Of a DNA stretch of 63,744 bases, positions 52,201 through 60,441 are shown piece by piece. The notes under the pieces were generated by a model that was not told the origin of the DNA, did not search any database, and saw nothing but the letters and a program-made list of their open reading frames with translations. How positions within the stretch are numbered: position 1 is the stretch's first letter; each line of letters starts with the position of its first letter. Origin of the DNA: a virus (Duplodnaviria > Caudoviricetes). A program made the position numbers and the translations under genes. The stretch covers positions 1-63,744 of the IMG/VR virus record IMGVR_UViG_3300032132_000006; one strand, 5' to 3'.

Positions 52201-54259
52201 TGCTTGGATCACGAAGGACTGACACAGCCTTGGTTATTTCACTTAACGATCCCCAGCCGGTAGCTTTACGCTTTCCGACTTTACTTACCGCCCAGTCAAG
52301 GAAGTATCCTTCTGGAGATATAATCTTGTGGCCTCTAGGGTGGTGAGCTTCATCATAGGCTCTGATCCATGCTGCTGCCTCAACATTGTTCTCAATATTG
52401 GACAGTGACTTGCCTCTAATGTTTCCATGCAGGATCTTGTTAGCGTCAGAATAATAAATCCTATTCGCAGCATCTTCCATCTCAGGAGTCCAGATGGTGT
52501 CTTGGTTATTAGTAAATACGTCCAGCACTCTTTCGGCCAAACTTACATTCATAAACCAATCTTTCTGTGGACTCAATGATGCCATTACACCAGCAATAGC
52601 TGTGTCCTGAATACCGTATTTCTCTGACCATCTGTCAGCAATGTTTCTAGCACCGTCATACCATAGGTGACTACGCTCTCTTGTATCTGCTGGAACGCGA
52701 TCATACAACCAAAGAAGATTATCTTTAACGTGATCTATAAAGAATTCAGCCAACGCACTATGGGTTGATCCCTCTGGTGCAGGTCTTGAATTTGAATAGC
52801 TAGATACCAGCTCTGCATTTTTACCAAATGATTTAGGCTCGCTCTTAGCTGCCTCTAACCCAACAACTAAGTTTTGCTTTATTGGATCCTCAACTGGCTT
52901 CTTGGAAGTAGGATACCTAGTAGAAATACCATCGTCATCTCTGGCTAAACTAAATTGAACCTCTTCCCCTTCTCTTCTAGGAAGATCCTGTGGGCCGTCC
53001 TTATTTAACTCAGTTACTTCTGCGTCAGATAATATGCGAACGACTTTCATCTCGCCGCCAATCATCCACTCACCCGTCATGTTAGGGTTTGTTTTGTACT
53101 TGTAGTACCCGCCAGTAGGAACCTGATCTGTTATATGGGCGGTACCCACATTCATGGTTCCATCTTTCTTTTTGGTTGCCCGCTTATTAGCTTCTGTCTG
53201 CCAGTCAACATCATCACGCATTTGGATCTCTGCCCATACATGATATTGTGGCCGGTAGTCTGGAGCCTTGGCCCCTTTGGATTTGCCGCCAATGTGAGAG
53301 GCCACTGGTTTTGTTCCTGCGTGCCACCCACCCCTAACAGCGAGAGGCCCGATAGATGACTTAACTTTACCCTTGTCTGTAAGTGCGCCCATCTCTGCAT
53401 TCACCCATGTGCCTACTGGGACAGACTGGTTGCTATTAACAAATAGCGGGAACAATTGATTTGGCGATTTCTTTTTGGTCTTGAATAACTTATAAGCAGT
53501 GACCGTCTTGCCGGTTTCCTGATCATCGTCAAGACTCCACTCGATAGTCTCACTATCCTTGACACTCTGCTCTGCTTCAGCATTGACTTCTTCTTGTGTC
53601 GGCTGGGCTTGCTTGGCACCCTTCAGCTCCATATAAACAACATCAGGCGTTCCGTCAGCCTCTTCCCATCCTTCGGGCTTATACTGCTCATCCCACGTAT
53701 CTCTGCCCACTTCGACAAAGCCATGCTTGGCATATGACTTGGTAAGGAATCCCTCGAAAGCATCCAGCTTAGTTGCGCCTAATTCAATTGCTTTTGGCAT
53801 TAGGGTATCGAGCAATCCTTTGACATTGGAATCAGCAGACTTAAAGACAGAAACTAGATCGCCATCGCTCTTGATAGCAAAGCCAATTAATCCATCTGCT
53901 GACAGGTAATTGGTCATGTCTGCGTATTCGGCCTCACTGTACTGATGCACTGAGCCGCCATGAGGCAAAGTCTCTTTAGCCTTCCCGATAGCCTTGTGAA
54001 ATTTAGATGCTGTGACGGGCTTAAATGAGGGCTTAGCAGACTGCCCTCTGGTTGGGGCAATACCACCCGCTTTGGTGATTTGATCTACCGCATTGGTGCG
54101 CTCTGTCCTAATCTCTTTGGTAAGGTCGGCAACAGCAGATTCATCAGCTTCGTCTTTGTTATAGCCCTCTTCAATATACATCTTCGACAGATCTTTGGCG
54201 CGTGCAGCGTCCTCTGCCGTAATGTTCAGTTTCTTTATGCAAGATGCGAGTGAAGCCAT
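46244..54259 (-). CDS. Giant polyvalent injected protein (GNAT-like, HhH-glycosylase-like, zincin metallopeptidase, two ART-like domains, LPD38-like C-terminus)
   Basis: LDAF..FL..SY..HGF; LSPQ..W..NV and VTIDTH; AHELIGH; YHGTPH.FDKF...GEGAQAYGWG.YF; YYHANT...VFDPKNIRS.NAAFDP; VNFNRKGE...YMF.NA.IQG. Confidence 0.85.
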   Translation of the reverse strand: MASLASCIKKLNITAEDAARAKDLSKMYIEEGYNKDEADESAVADLTKEIRTERTNAVDQITKAGGIAPTRGQSAKPSFKPVTASKFHKAIGKAKETLPHGGSVHQYSEAEYADMTNYLSADGLIGFAIKSDGDLVSVFKSADSNVKGLLDTLMPKAIELGATKLDAFEGFLTKSYAKHGFVEVGRDTWDEQYKPEGWEEADGTPDVVYMELKGAKQAQPTQEEVNAEAEQSVKDSETIEWSLDDDQETGKTVTAYKLFKTKKKSPNQLFPLFVNSNQSVPVGTWVNAEMGALTDKGKVKSSIGPLAVRGGWHAGTKPVASHIGGKSKGAKAPDYRPQYHVWAEIQMRDDVDWQTEANKRATKKKDGTMNVGTAHITDQVPTGGYYKYKTNPNMTGEWMIGGEMKVVRILSDAEVTELNKDGPQDLPRREGEEVQFSLARDDDGISTRYPTSKKPVEDPIKQNLVVGLEAAKSEPKSFGKNAELVSSYSNSRPAPEGSTHSALAEFFIDHVKDNLLWLYDRVPADTRERSHLWYDGARNIADRWSEKYGIQDTAIAGVMASLSPQKDWFMNVSLAERVLDVFTNNQDTIWTPEMEDAANRIYYSDANKILHGNIRGKSLSNIENNVEAAAWIRAYDEAHHPRGHKIISPEGYFLDWAVSKVGKRKATGWGSLSEITKAVSVLRDPSMENISASMGSAHKVRNFYNNIISPNGKHGDVTIDTHAVGAGLIQPLSGKSKEVEQNLGGTGSAGSTVAGLSGTYPFFAEAYRRAAAERGILPRQMQSITWEAVRGLFTAGYKGQKKNTEFAKAAWEKYKAGDATLEETRSIIHEHAGGINEPDWIGSVGTMDESKPDSSYSEELSGTGTPRGEVSTGSGSGRETAAPTTPDTETVQGPQLRVENSLQGKAKTKFTKDQAVAAVAPMLENISDKLGVKVEILYSHELPESVQAAIPKGKRPKGFAIGDTATIVVDHLENTQDAQVTLAHELIGHVGVNNIIEDWSAVGDLYDSLREKGGKNFDAIRAEAIRRNPNASRETLIKEFIAIAAEQRAKDGVVGSFMRKVREMLKNALRALGFNPISMTNIDLILSRSEEFLAGPQEAGIGSLIPEWMTAYHGTPHVFDKFSLDAMGSGEGAQAYGWGMYFAGRKNIAEWYRDKLSEGSYDIYLNGDKMGFPKTPEEFIAREVAHIKRDPLVMSAIQDGSTTWDEVLTEIVGDAFRVTNAEFKAKGMSKLKDFDVDSVTIKAHGQLYQVDIPEDNELLDWDKKLSQQPEMVKSAIQKNVSKLNKLLPERLRASKIGKAGEPYPYDKYSDAPERLRKKFLDYDGGPTFAVDVTRDGKKVRLEFIGSAKIAKQGAQDWINEQESAFWNMDGKSLYEGVAKGNLSISTTKEERGASLFLGDLGIKGLRYLDNQSRTEGEGTHNYVIWDENAVTIEAVNDEQRQAEKQFSLDKDLPMDKASRMARAEEQGFDTSTVYYHANTGGIEGAGFDNDRLPASDPDRPFNGHWFGIAPSVQAAYRDGIDGNTITPVYLRLGKAAPHKVWREVARQVSGGTEVREHLLEMGYDHAVRGRDSFTREEVEKSLRDTGEFSYETSTGEKITMSWSENAVPVNDRNLVLSTQDKLTIRKFNNAQRDVEKITDKIVHNIGSVTKEEIAQLAQTLEPAQDTVKELETQYDEILNRAYKDAAEKAGTYTSLDMYSDSIGEVTGYTDVNDFMQQNPEIEDVAVFDPKNIRSVNAAFDPTETESDNILFSLDDEHGFDAPVEKLTGAAIRTFQDKFRPVLMTQKEIEKVRGDLPEVENTYLAEEAFYGKTEEDLRVLSEGSIKPLAEGLAKYEVEREELDEWLIANHAKERNAHIRKINREMPDGGSGMTDMEAERVLNMVTPSKRAQLNELADHVYGMLEYKRQLMRDGLQANEITDAWEGAYKNYVPLKGLATNEESSTGGNIGKGFDIRGKESLKAMGRRSTAESPTLHAIKDITETIIRSRKNDVGNVFLKMVENNPNPEYWEVFSDDNPAKTRGWVKGEVDEVSENMLDAKNDDGSKKYYATKKDGKTYFIHIKDQRLNRAMQNMGPEPMNIFTQTLGTMTRYLSAMSTSYNPEFLVSNVARDVQTAVFALMGEQDLRGGRAQGKKLVGKMLKDIPSAMRAIHASLRGKELTGSALEWQQSFDQFREDGAKTGWFDMKEIDQQASELNAMVSMARSGQVISNIKDLATGRATAKAGSIETGKSVISNLRVFKDGVKDFVENANTAVENAVRLSVYRHGIEAGLTRKKAASLAKNLTVNFNRKGEVGAVMNSLYMFSNASIQGSAVLLRAMKSKKVQAFSAGIVAAAYVLATINRMASDDDDDGVSWYDKVPNHVRERNIVIMKSVFGGSDDPADYWTIPLPYGFNIFYVLGDTAEAAKNSSYRGYGELGTHVAMSILGSFSPLGFESSDDAAKMAIKTATPTVGKPFAQLAVNENFYGGSIFKENFAFGVQLPDSALAKKNAKPHWEAVSSFVNEATGGSAFRKGFIDVSPDTLDHLFSFVTGGAGKFASLSAGYAEKTILGEEIEDREKPFYRKISGKVAQYGDQSRFYDRADEIKQLTAESATLRGKEKIKFRKEYSGQLRQASRLKTAEKQLRNLRKQIKEVELRNLSDKIKEKRIERFEKRIEVIVDRFNKNYDKANPSQ

Positions 54260-54489
54260 TATTCTATAATCCCAGATAATATAGAGAGTTCAATGATATC
54301 AATTATATCAGATTCTTCTAATCGAAGCTCTTCTAGCTGTTTCTCTCTGATTCTGGCAGAACTGCCGCTACCACCCCCAGCTATGGGAGGGGATACTCGA
54401 ATGGTGTTAGTGAAGAACATGAGCCAAGCTGGACCCATGATTTCGTCGGATTCATAAACGACATCGACGGTCTTGAGCTTATCAACCAT
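54259..54489 (-). CDS. Hypothetical protein
   Basis: Stop/start coupled to neighbours. Confidence 0.55.
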   Translation of the reverse strand: MVDKLKTVDVVYESDEIMGPAWLMFFTNTIRVSPPIAGGGSGSSARIREKQLEELRLEESDIIDIIELSILSGIIE

Positions 54490-55763
54490 TACAAGGATCG
54501 ATCATCGACAGAGGCCTCAAGACTGGCTCGAAATTCAAGCAATCCACTTAAGTCATCATTAATGGTCAGAGTAAATACGTCCTGAAACTCGCCCTTCAGA
54601 ATCACTGGCGACTCAAACTTAACGTCGATTACTGCCCAGACATTAGTGCCATCATCATAAGATGAAATTTCTGTTGTCGGATATTGCATAAAATCAAACA
54701 TCTGTCTAAAGGTTCTTTGCAATACAATACTGCCTCCGCTAGAAATGGTCAGATTGATTCCAACTCCCAACTGGCTTACTCCTAGTAAAGCGTTATAAGC
54801 TAGACTGGGCATAGTGCCATCAGTGACAGTGCCATCCATAAGGTCTGCCATAATAAATCTAATTTCAGTCAACCTCCACCATTCATTGTAGGGTGGAGCG
54901 GCAGTAAACGCCAGCGGAGTCCCAGAAGTCTCAAGCTGTAAATCATCAAACTTTATTGTGGGTCTGGTGCCACCACTGCGGGTAATGGTTATAACCAGCT
55001 CATTGACTACTTCATCAACGATACCCAAGTCTTCAAACGGGATGACAAAGTTTTGTTCTGCAAAGTCACCCGTACTAATATAATTATCTAAAAGAACGGA
55101 GTTTCCGACAGGGGTGCTGTTTAAATTAAATTGAATTATGATGGTGTTTCTAGCAGGATTATATGTATCTAAATCCACCTTGCCTGTAAACGCAGTATAG
55201 TTACTTAAATCGTAAGCGGCTGAAGAGCCGGCATCGAAAGTAGCCTGATCATTGTTGTTAGCAGAGGTTATGGTAATCTTTCCAGAGTCGGCAAAATTCC
55301 ATGCCCCTTGGTTGGCTGTGCCTGCCCACACTGGATCGATAGTGTATGCCTCGTTGCCGTTAGGACATACATCATCGTCACAAGTAAGATCAGCAGCTAG
55401 TATAGAAGTGATATGGCCATTGCCACCAGAGCTGGTTGCATACATCCCTATAGCACAAGTGGTGTCGAAATTTTGGCCGCCTTCAATAATATGATTCAGC
55501 GTGTCTGTATCAGCAGTTCCAGAATCAGCGGCCGTAGTCGTCCCGCCATTATGAATAACGGTGGCAATTGAACCAAACGAAACAGCCTGATTCATATCAA
55601 CGCCAAGACTATCATTGGCAAAGAAGGTACTGCTGCCCGAATACTCTCTCATCGGATGAGTAGCAACAACTAAGCCCGCATGCTTCTCATCGACAACATG
55701 AACGTGGGCCTCGCGTACTTCGCTCTCACCATTAACACCAGTGATCTGTATTTCTAATGACAT
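54489..55763 (-). CDS. Putative structural protein with a carbohydrate-binding-like beta-sandwich
   Basis: Beta-rich and acidic; QNFVIPFEDLG...IKFDDLQL, a CBM-like pattern. Confidence 0.5.
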   Translation of the reverse strand: MSLEIQITGVNGESEVREAHVHVVDEKHAGLVVATHPMREYSGSSTFFANDSLGVDMNQAVSFGSIATVIHNGGTTTAADSGTADTDTLNHIIEGGQNFDTTCAIGMYATSSGGNGHITSILAADLTCDDDVCPNGNEAYTIDPVWAGTANQGAWNFADSGKITITSANNNDQATFDAGSSAAYDLSNYTAFTGKVDLDTYNPARNTIIIQFNLNSTPVGNSVLLDNYISTGDFAEQNFVIPFEDLGIVDEVVNELVITITRSGGTRPTIKFDDLQLETSGTPLAFTAAPPYNEWWRLTEIRFIMADLMDGTVTDGTMPSLAYNALLGVSQLGVGINLTISSGGSIVLQRTFRQMFDFMQYPTTEISSYDDGTNVWAVIDVKFESPVILKGEFQDVFTLTINDDLSGLLEFRASLEASVDDRSL

Positions 55764-55772
55764 TAGTTACGC

Positions 55773-56357
55773 CTACTCAAAATAGAAGAACACAACACCA
55801 AAGGCGCGAACATCTGAAGCGGCCGCATACTCTAACTCAATCGCTACAGCTTGGCCCTGACCTAAACGCACAGAATCTTCAAGCCTCATCTCTTCATGGC
55901 CATAAGCGCCAGAGATACCAGCAAAGTCGATAACCGAACTCTCAGTTAGTCCTGTCATCGGAGTCGAGTTCGAATCTGTTGTAGTGCAGATAGTAGCGGT
56001 GGCAATCTTAGATACGCCGCCTTGGTTCGTCTGCTGGGCTGTGGTGGTGGTTCCACCCACAGGTGTTCCCGTAACTCTGGAGAACTTAAACGCTGAGGAG
56101 GCGGCTTCACAGTTACATCCAACAGAGCTGATAACCATGTGCTTGCCATCAGTCTTGTCGTTCTGAATGTAGGCCACATAATCACCGGCCGTCGCGTTAG
56201 CGTCATCGTATACCAGCGAGTATGTCTCACTTTCGTCGCGAGAATTATAGTACCTTCTACCATCGTATCGGGAGCTAACATTCAGGCGTCCGTCACTGCC
56301 TTGCACTAGCTCCTCTGCTCTCGTTACATCGTTTTCAAACTTAATCTTAGTGGGCAT
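55773..56357 (-). CDS. Putative structural protein
   Basis: Beta-rich; RLGQGQAVAI pattern. Confidence 0.5.
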   Translation of the reverse strand: MPTKIKFENDVTRAEELVQGSDGRLNVSSRYDGRRYYNSRDESETYSLVYDDANATAGDYVAYIQNDKTDGKHMVISSVGCNCEAASSAFKFSRVTGTPVGGTTTTAQQTNQGGVSKIATATICTTTDSNSTPMTGLTESSVIDFAGISGAYGHEEMRLEDSVRLGQGQAVAIELEYAAASDVRAFGVVFFYFE

Positions 56358-56360
56358 ATC

Positions 56361-56705
56361 TTACTCCAGTTCATCTGCTAATATAGGTGTGCCAGTCATA
56401 ATTGCTAACTGTGCGTTTGTAATTTTAACTTGATCTATTAAATTTTCCAGCAAACAGACCATATCAACATTACTCATGTCTAGTGATCCATTCGTTATAT
56501 TGATTGGCGTATAATCACCATCAGAGTCTAATCCAAATAACGTTGTAGGAAAAGGGTTTGTAGTGGATACATCGACAGGCTCAGTGCCTGAAACTGAATA
56601 GGATAATTTATATATCGGATAGAATGTATTATCAACTACATCTACCGCCACCTCCACTGCATTCGGTAATCCACTTGGATTTACTTTAATGCTTGAATTA
56701 CTCAT
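56361..56705 (-). CDS. Putative structural protein
   Basis: VS.TNP.P motif typical of fibre/decoration N-termini. Confidence 0.5.
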   Translation of the reverse strand: MSNSSIKVNPSGLPNAVEVAVDVVDNTFYPIYKLSYSVSGTEPVDVSTTNPFPTTLFGLDSDGDYTPINITNGSLDMSNVDMVCLLENLIDQVKITNAQLAIMTGTPILADELE

Positions 56706-57015
56706 CCCCGTACTCCACGTTCATATCTGCACTTTCAATTCTGTTCTGGCCATTACGCTCAATATTTCCAATGTGGACCGTCTTGATTAATGGCCTATCG
56801 CCGGCCGATATATTTATACCCTTGATGGCCTCTATAAGTTGTTGATTTGTATCGATAATTGCATCCATCAGTTCTGTGGAATGGCCGGCCGTTTGCTGCG
56901 CTACAGTTGGAGCCGGTTTTGTAGGCGCGACCTCCGCTCTTTTCTTGGTAAGTATGCGGGTATCACCCTCATCCTTTAACCTAGAGTATTCGCTGTTGGA
57001 TATTCGTCTAGCCAC
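56698..57015 (-). CDS. Hypothetical protein
   Basis: Operon packing; ER..QNRI.S C-terminal hairpin. Confidence 0.55.
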   Translation of the reverse strand: MARRISNSEYSRLKDEGDTRILTKKRAEVAPTKPAPTVAQQTAGHSTELMDAIIDTNQQLIEAIKGINISAGDRPLIKTVHIGNIERNGQNRIESADMNVEYGDE

Positions 57016-59722
57016 GTAAGCACCTCGCCAGAGCCTTCATTTGATCAATGCGCTCATCAATTTCCTTCATTACAACATCGGCCTTTCTGGACACCATAAC
57101 GGTTGCCCCGTCCTCTGTCTCGCGATCCTCAGACACCCTTATCTTGTTTAATGCTTTTCCTTTGCCCTCGACTTTAGGTAGAGCTTCTTGGCCCTTGCTT
57201 TCCACTCTGCCTTCTTCTTGGCCTTCGCTTCGGACTCCTTTTGCTGCTCCAGTTCCTTCTGTGCCAGTATCTCCTGTAGGTCTTTTTCCATGCTGAAGAA
57301 GATCCTTTTCCGTTGATGGCACAGACTCCTTCCCAGCTTCCTGTACATGGGCCTCTCCTACTTCCGCTTGTCCGAGCTGTTCAGTGACTTTAACATCCGC
57401 TTGACTGTCTCCTTTTGCCGCTCCTCTCCCTTGGATATCTTGGGATATTCCTGCTGCTTCGCCTTTCGTTGCGAGGTAGATGGGGGTCGATATACGCCCT
57501 TCTGCATATTCTTTCTCCAATGCATTTAATAAATTGTCTTCTATATTAGTATACTCTATTTCTTTTAGTGCATCAATAGAAGACTCTTGTGCGTTGTCCT
57601 TTCCGTGGTTGTTGTCAAGAACAGATATCTGTACTCTTGGATCGTCCTTATACTCTTCGGCCAATCGGATAACAGTTGCGACTGCATCCTTATGGGTAGA
57701 TAGGTGTGCGTCCAGAGGAACGACCCTACCAGAACCAAATTCTGCCTCCATCCGTACCGCCCTTGGGAGAGCGCCAACCACTAAGGATTCGACGGGATCT
57801 CTGGTGACCATCACGATGTTGGCTTCTTTGCCGGCCGCCAGTGCCTGCTCTATCTTAGCTTTGCCGGTCTTGTACTTGGCCATAGTCGTATCAACGACAG
57901 TATGGTACCTATCGGTGCTATCAAACTGCTCCATTGCACTAGTCTTACCGGATCCTGCACCACCAGCAGTAAACATGACAGCTTCGTCTTCACCCTCTTG
58001 GGCTGGCTGGGTTAATCTTTCTGTATACAGATCCTTGGTAAATTGACTTGATGTTACGTGAACCGCAGGAGCTAGGGTCCGATCTTCCATATAATGAGCG
58101 TTCAGCTCTCTGGCCGTATCGGTATTAACTACCTTGCCGCCTTTGGAGTCTGGAAGCTTATTGTACTGCTCAACAGCTCCCTCAAAGTCAGAGTCAATCT
58201 GCTCCTTGAATTGTGAGCCAATCTCTTCGTGGCTAGGTTGATCAGCAGGCTTTTCTTTTGCTACTGGCTCTACCCGCTCCTTGATACCCACATGCTCTCG
58301 ATAGCCTTCAATGTTATTGGCTACATGCTCTGGTACTCCAGACTCAACCAGTGCCGCACGGTTGTTAACTTGTACAGGATCTTGTACAGGTTCAGCTATC
58401 GGTAAGTCAGATTGATCTTGCTCATTCAGAAAGTCGCTGGCTGTTGGGTCTGGTGTTTCTTCGCCAAGGATTGTAGATACTGCTTTATCGGCGTAGGCTG
58501 ATATCTCATCTACGGTATTAACTTTTTCTAAATCTTTGGTAACGCTCATTGCAGCGTATTCAGGGTTAAAGCTCTTTCTTGCCAACTCTTCAGCAGTTCC
58601 CTCAAACTCAGCAATGTCCACCATACGATTCATTTCGTTGGCTAGTTCTTGCCCAGCAGTAGGAGCAGCTATACCTAGCCCACCACCCATGATTGTACCG
58701 GCAGCAGTACCCGCAATAGCTGAGTTAAGTGCGTCCTCTGTGGCCTTGCGTGCCTCATCGGCGTGTCTTTGTACTGCAACATTAGATGCGATTGCTTCTG
58801 CACCACTCTGCCCGAACTCTTGTGCGCCCTCACCAGCAGCACCTAAGCCTATTGCTCCAGCTCTGGTCTTGGCAACAGCCTTGCCGCCTAACATCTTACC
58901 TACAAACATCCCCATTGGGGCGCTCATTATAAATGTAGTTAGGGCGGTAATCGCACCAGCTTCACCGCCAGCAGCTTTGGCCACTTGCTCTCTGGCCCGC
59001 GCTGGATCTTTTGTTCCAAGTAAGGCAGCTTGGTATTCTGGGTGGGCAGCCAATTTCTCAAATGACATTGCCATGACTTCTTCTTCGGTGGCCAGTCCAG
59101 TTGAACTTGCCCCTACCAAAGCCTCACCAGATCCCATACCTAACACACCGGCAATCATTGGGGTTATCTTAGGTACCAATTGAAGACCCTTAGCTATACC
59201 TAATCCCGCTCCCATTCCAGCAGCGGTACCTAGTAATGAATTGGCTAACGATAATCCTACGGTGTCCCAAGTTGCATCACCAAGATGATATTCTCCATCC
59301 TTGTCTTGGGTGACGAACTTCTTGCTCATCTCTGCTCTGGCCTCGTCGGTCAATCCGCTCTGCCATTGCTCTAATGATTCTTTACTGACCTCACGAAGAT
59401 ACCCGCCAATGGTATCCATTCCAGCCTTTTCCATAAGCCAGCCCAGACCACCAGTAACAGCGGGGCCACCAGCCATAAGCGCTCGCCCATAATCCTCAAA
59501 GGTTGGGCCTGTGTCTTCTTGTTCAGTGGACAAGTTGGGCGCAGTATGGGCTACTTGTGCAGTGGACAAGTCATCATCGCCAGCAAAGAAGTCTATCTCG
59601 GTTTCTTGTGATACTGGATTGAGATCTTCGTCGTTGGCAAAGAAGTCTATACCTGTGTCACCCACTGGATTAAGGTCTTCGTCATTGGCAAAAAAATCTA
59701 TGCCCTCAAACTCATCATTCAT
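57008..59722 (-). CDS. Injected internal-virion protein with a Zeta-toxin-like P-loop kinase domain
   Basis: Gly/Ala hydrophobic N-terminal half with EGAQE.GQ; FTAGGAGSGKT, VVDTT, RA..GRVVP and DN motifs. Confidence 0.8.
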   Translation of the reverse strand: MNDEFEGIDFFANDEDLNPVGDTGIDFFANDEDLNPVSQETEIDFFAGDDDLSTAQVAHTAPNLSTEQEDTGPTFEDYGRALMAGGPAVTGGLGWLMEKAGMDTIGGYLREVSKESLEQWQSGLTDEARAEMSKKFVTQDKDGEYHLGDATWDTVGLSLANSLLGTAAGMGAGLGIAKGLQLVPKITPMIAGVLGMGSGEALVGASSTGLATEEEVMAMSFEKLAAHPEYQAALLGTKDPARAREQVAKAAGGEAGAITALTTFIMSAPMGMFVGKMLGGKAVAKTRAGAIGLGAAGEGAQEFGQSGAEAIASNVAVQRHADEARKATEDALNSAIAGTAAGTIMGGGLGIAAPTAGQELANEMNRMVDIAEFEGTAEELARKSFNPEYAAMSVTKDLEKVNTVDEISAYADKAVSTILGEETPDPTASDFLNEQDQSDLPIAEPVQDPVQVNNRAALVESGVPEHVANNIEGYREHVGIKERVEPVAKEKPADQPSHEEIGSQFKEQIDSDFEGAVEQYNKLPDSKGGKVVNTDTARELNAHYMEDRTLAPAVHVTSSQFTKDLYTERLTQPAQEGEDEAVMFTAGGAGSGKTSAMEQFDSTDRYHTVVDTTMAKYKTGKAKIEQALAAGKEANIVMVTRDPVESLVVGALPRAVRMEAEFGSGRVVPLDAHLSTHKDAVATVIRLAEEYKDDPRVQISVLDNNHGKDNAQESSIDALKEIEYTNIEDNLLNALEKEYAEGRISTPIYLATKGEAAGISQDIQGRGAAKGDSQADVKVTEQLGQAEVGEAHVQEAGKESVPSTEKDLLQHGKRPTGDTGTEGTGAAKGVRSEGQEEGRVESKGQEALPKVEGKGKALNKIRVSEDRETEDGATVMVSRKADVVMKEIDERIDQMKALARCLRG

Positions 59723-59725
59723 TTC

Positions 59726-60439
59726 TTATTTGCCTTGTAATCGAGATACCACATCTTCGCGAGAAAGATTATATCTAGTCATCATCCTCGTTATGTCTGA
59801 CTCTCTTATGTCCTGACTTCCATATTTGACTGAAGATTTAAACAAGACAGGGCCGCCGCCTTTGAGTTTCTCTTTCTTTGGCTTGGCCTTTGGCTTAGCC
59901 TCTCTTAACTTCTTGTCGGCAGCAGCCTCTATCTTGAGGTCGGCTAACACATCAGCTCTTACTTCCTGTATGTTCTTTTCTGTTTCTCCGTCTGCCTTAA
60001 ATCCACCTGTTCCATTAGCGACCATGGTTTCTGCCATCTTGAGCGCCTGCCTAGACATCTCTTTTGGAGAGGTAGGAAACGGCTCCATAACACCAGTATC
60101 GTGATTAAATATCCCCTGACTAGCAATAATTTCCAACCCAGTCTTTTTGGCGTTATACCTAATATTAGCAGTATCCTTTGCGCTCTCTCTTCGAGATGTG
60201 TCAGACGCTTTAGATCTAGCTGTGTGAGCCGCTTCTTTCTTCACGCTCTCTTTACTGGTAAACATCTGCCCAGCTTCACGCTCTTTGGTTCTGAACTCCT
60301 GATTAGCCTTAGTTTCTTGGGCGCGAACTTTAGCCAACGCTGCGTCACGCTTTGCTAGAGTCTCAGCTTTGATTTGTTCTAACAGCAGATTCTTGCCTGT
60401 CTCAGCAGCTCCACCTATTGCGTCACGTAGAATACCCAT
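59726..60439 (-). CDS. Putative DNA injection protein
   Basis: MGIL..AIGGAA start; K/E/A-rich helical. Confidence 0.55.
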   Translation of the reverse strand: MGILRDAIGGAAETGKNLLLEQIKAETLAKRDAALAKVRAQETKANQEFRTKEREAGQMFTSKESVKKEAAHTARSKASDTSRRESAKDTANIRYNAKKTGLEIIASQGIFNHDTGVMEPFPTSPKEMSRQALKMAETMVANGTGGFKADGETEKNIQEVRADVLADLKIEAAADKKLREAKPKAKPKKEKLKGGGPVLFKSSVKYGSQDIRESDITRMMTRYNLSREDVVSRLQGK

Positions 60440-60441
60440 AG

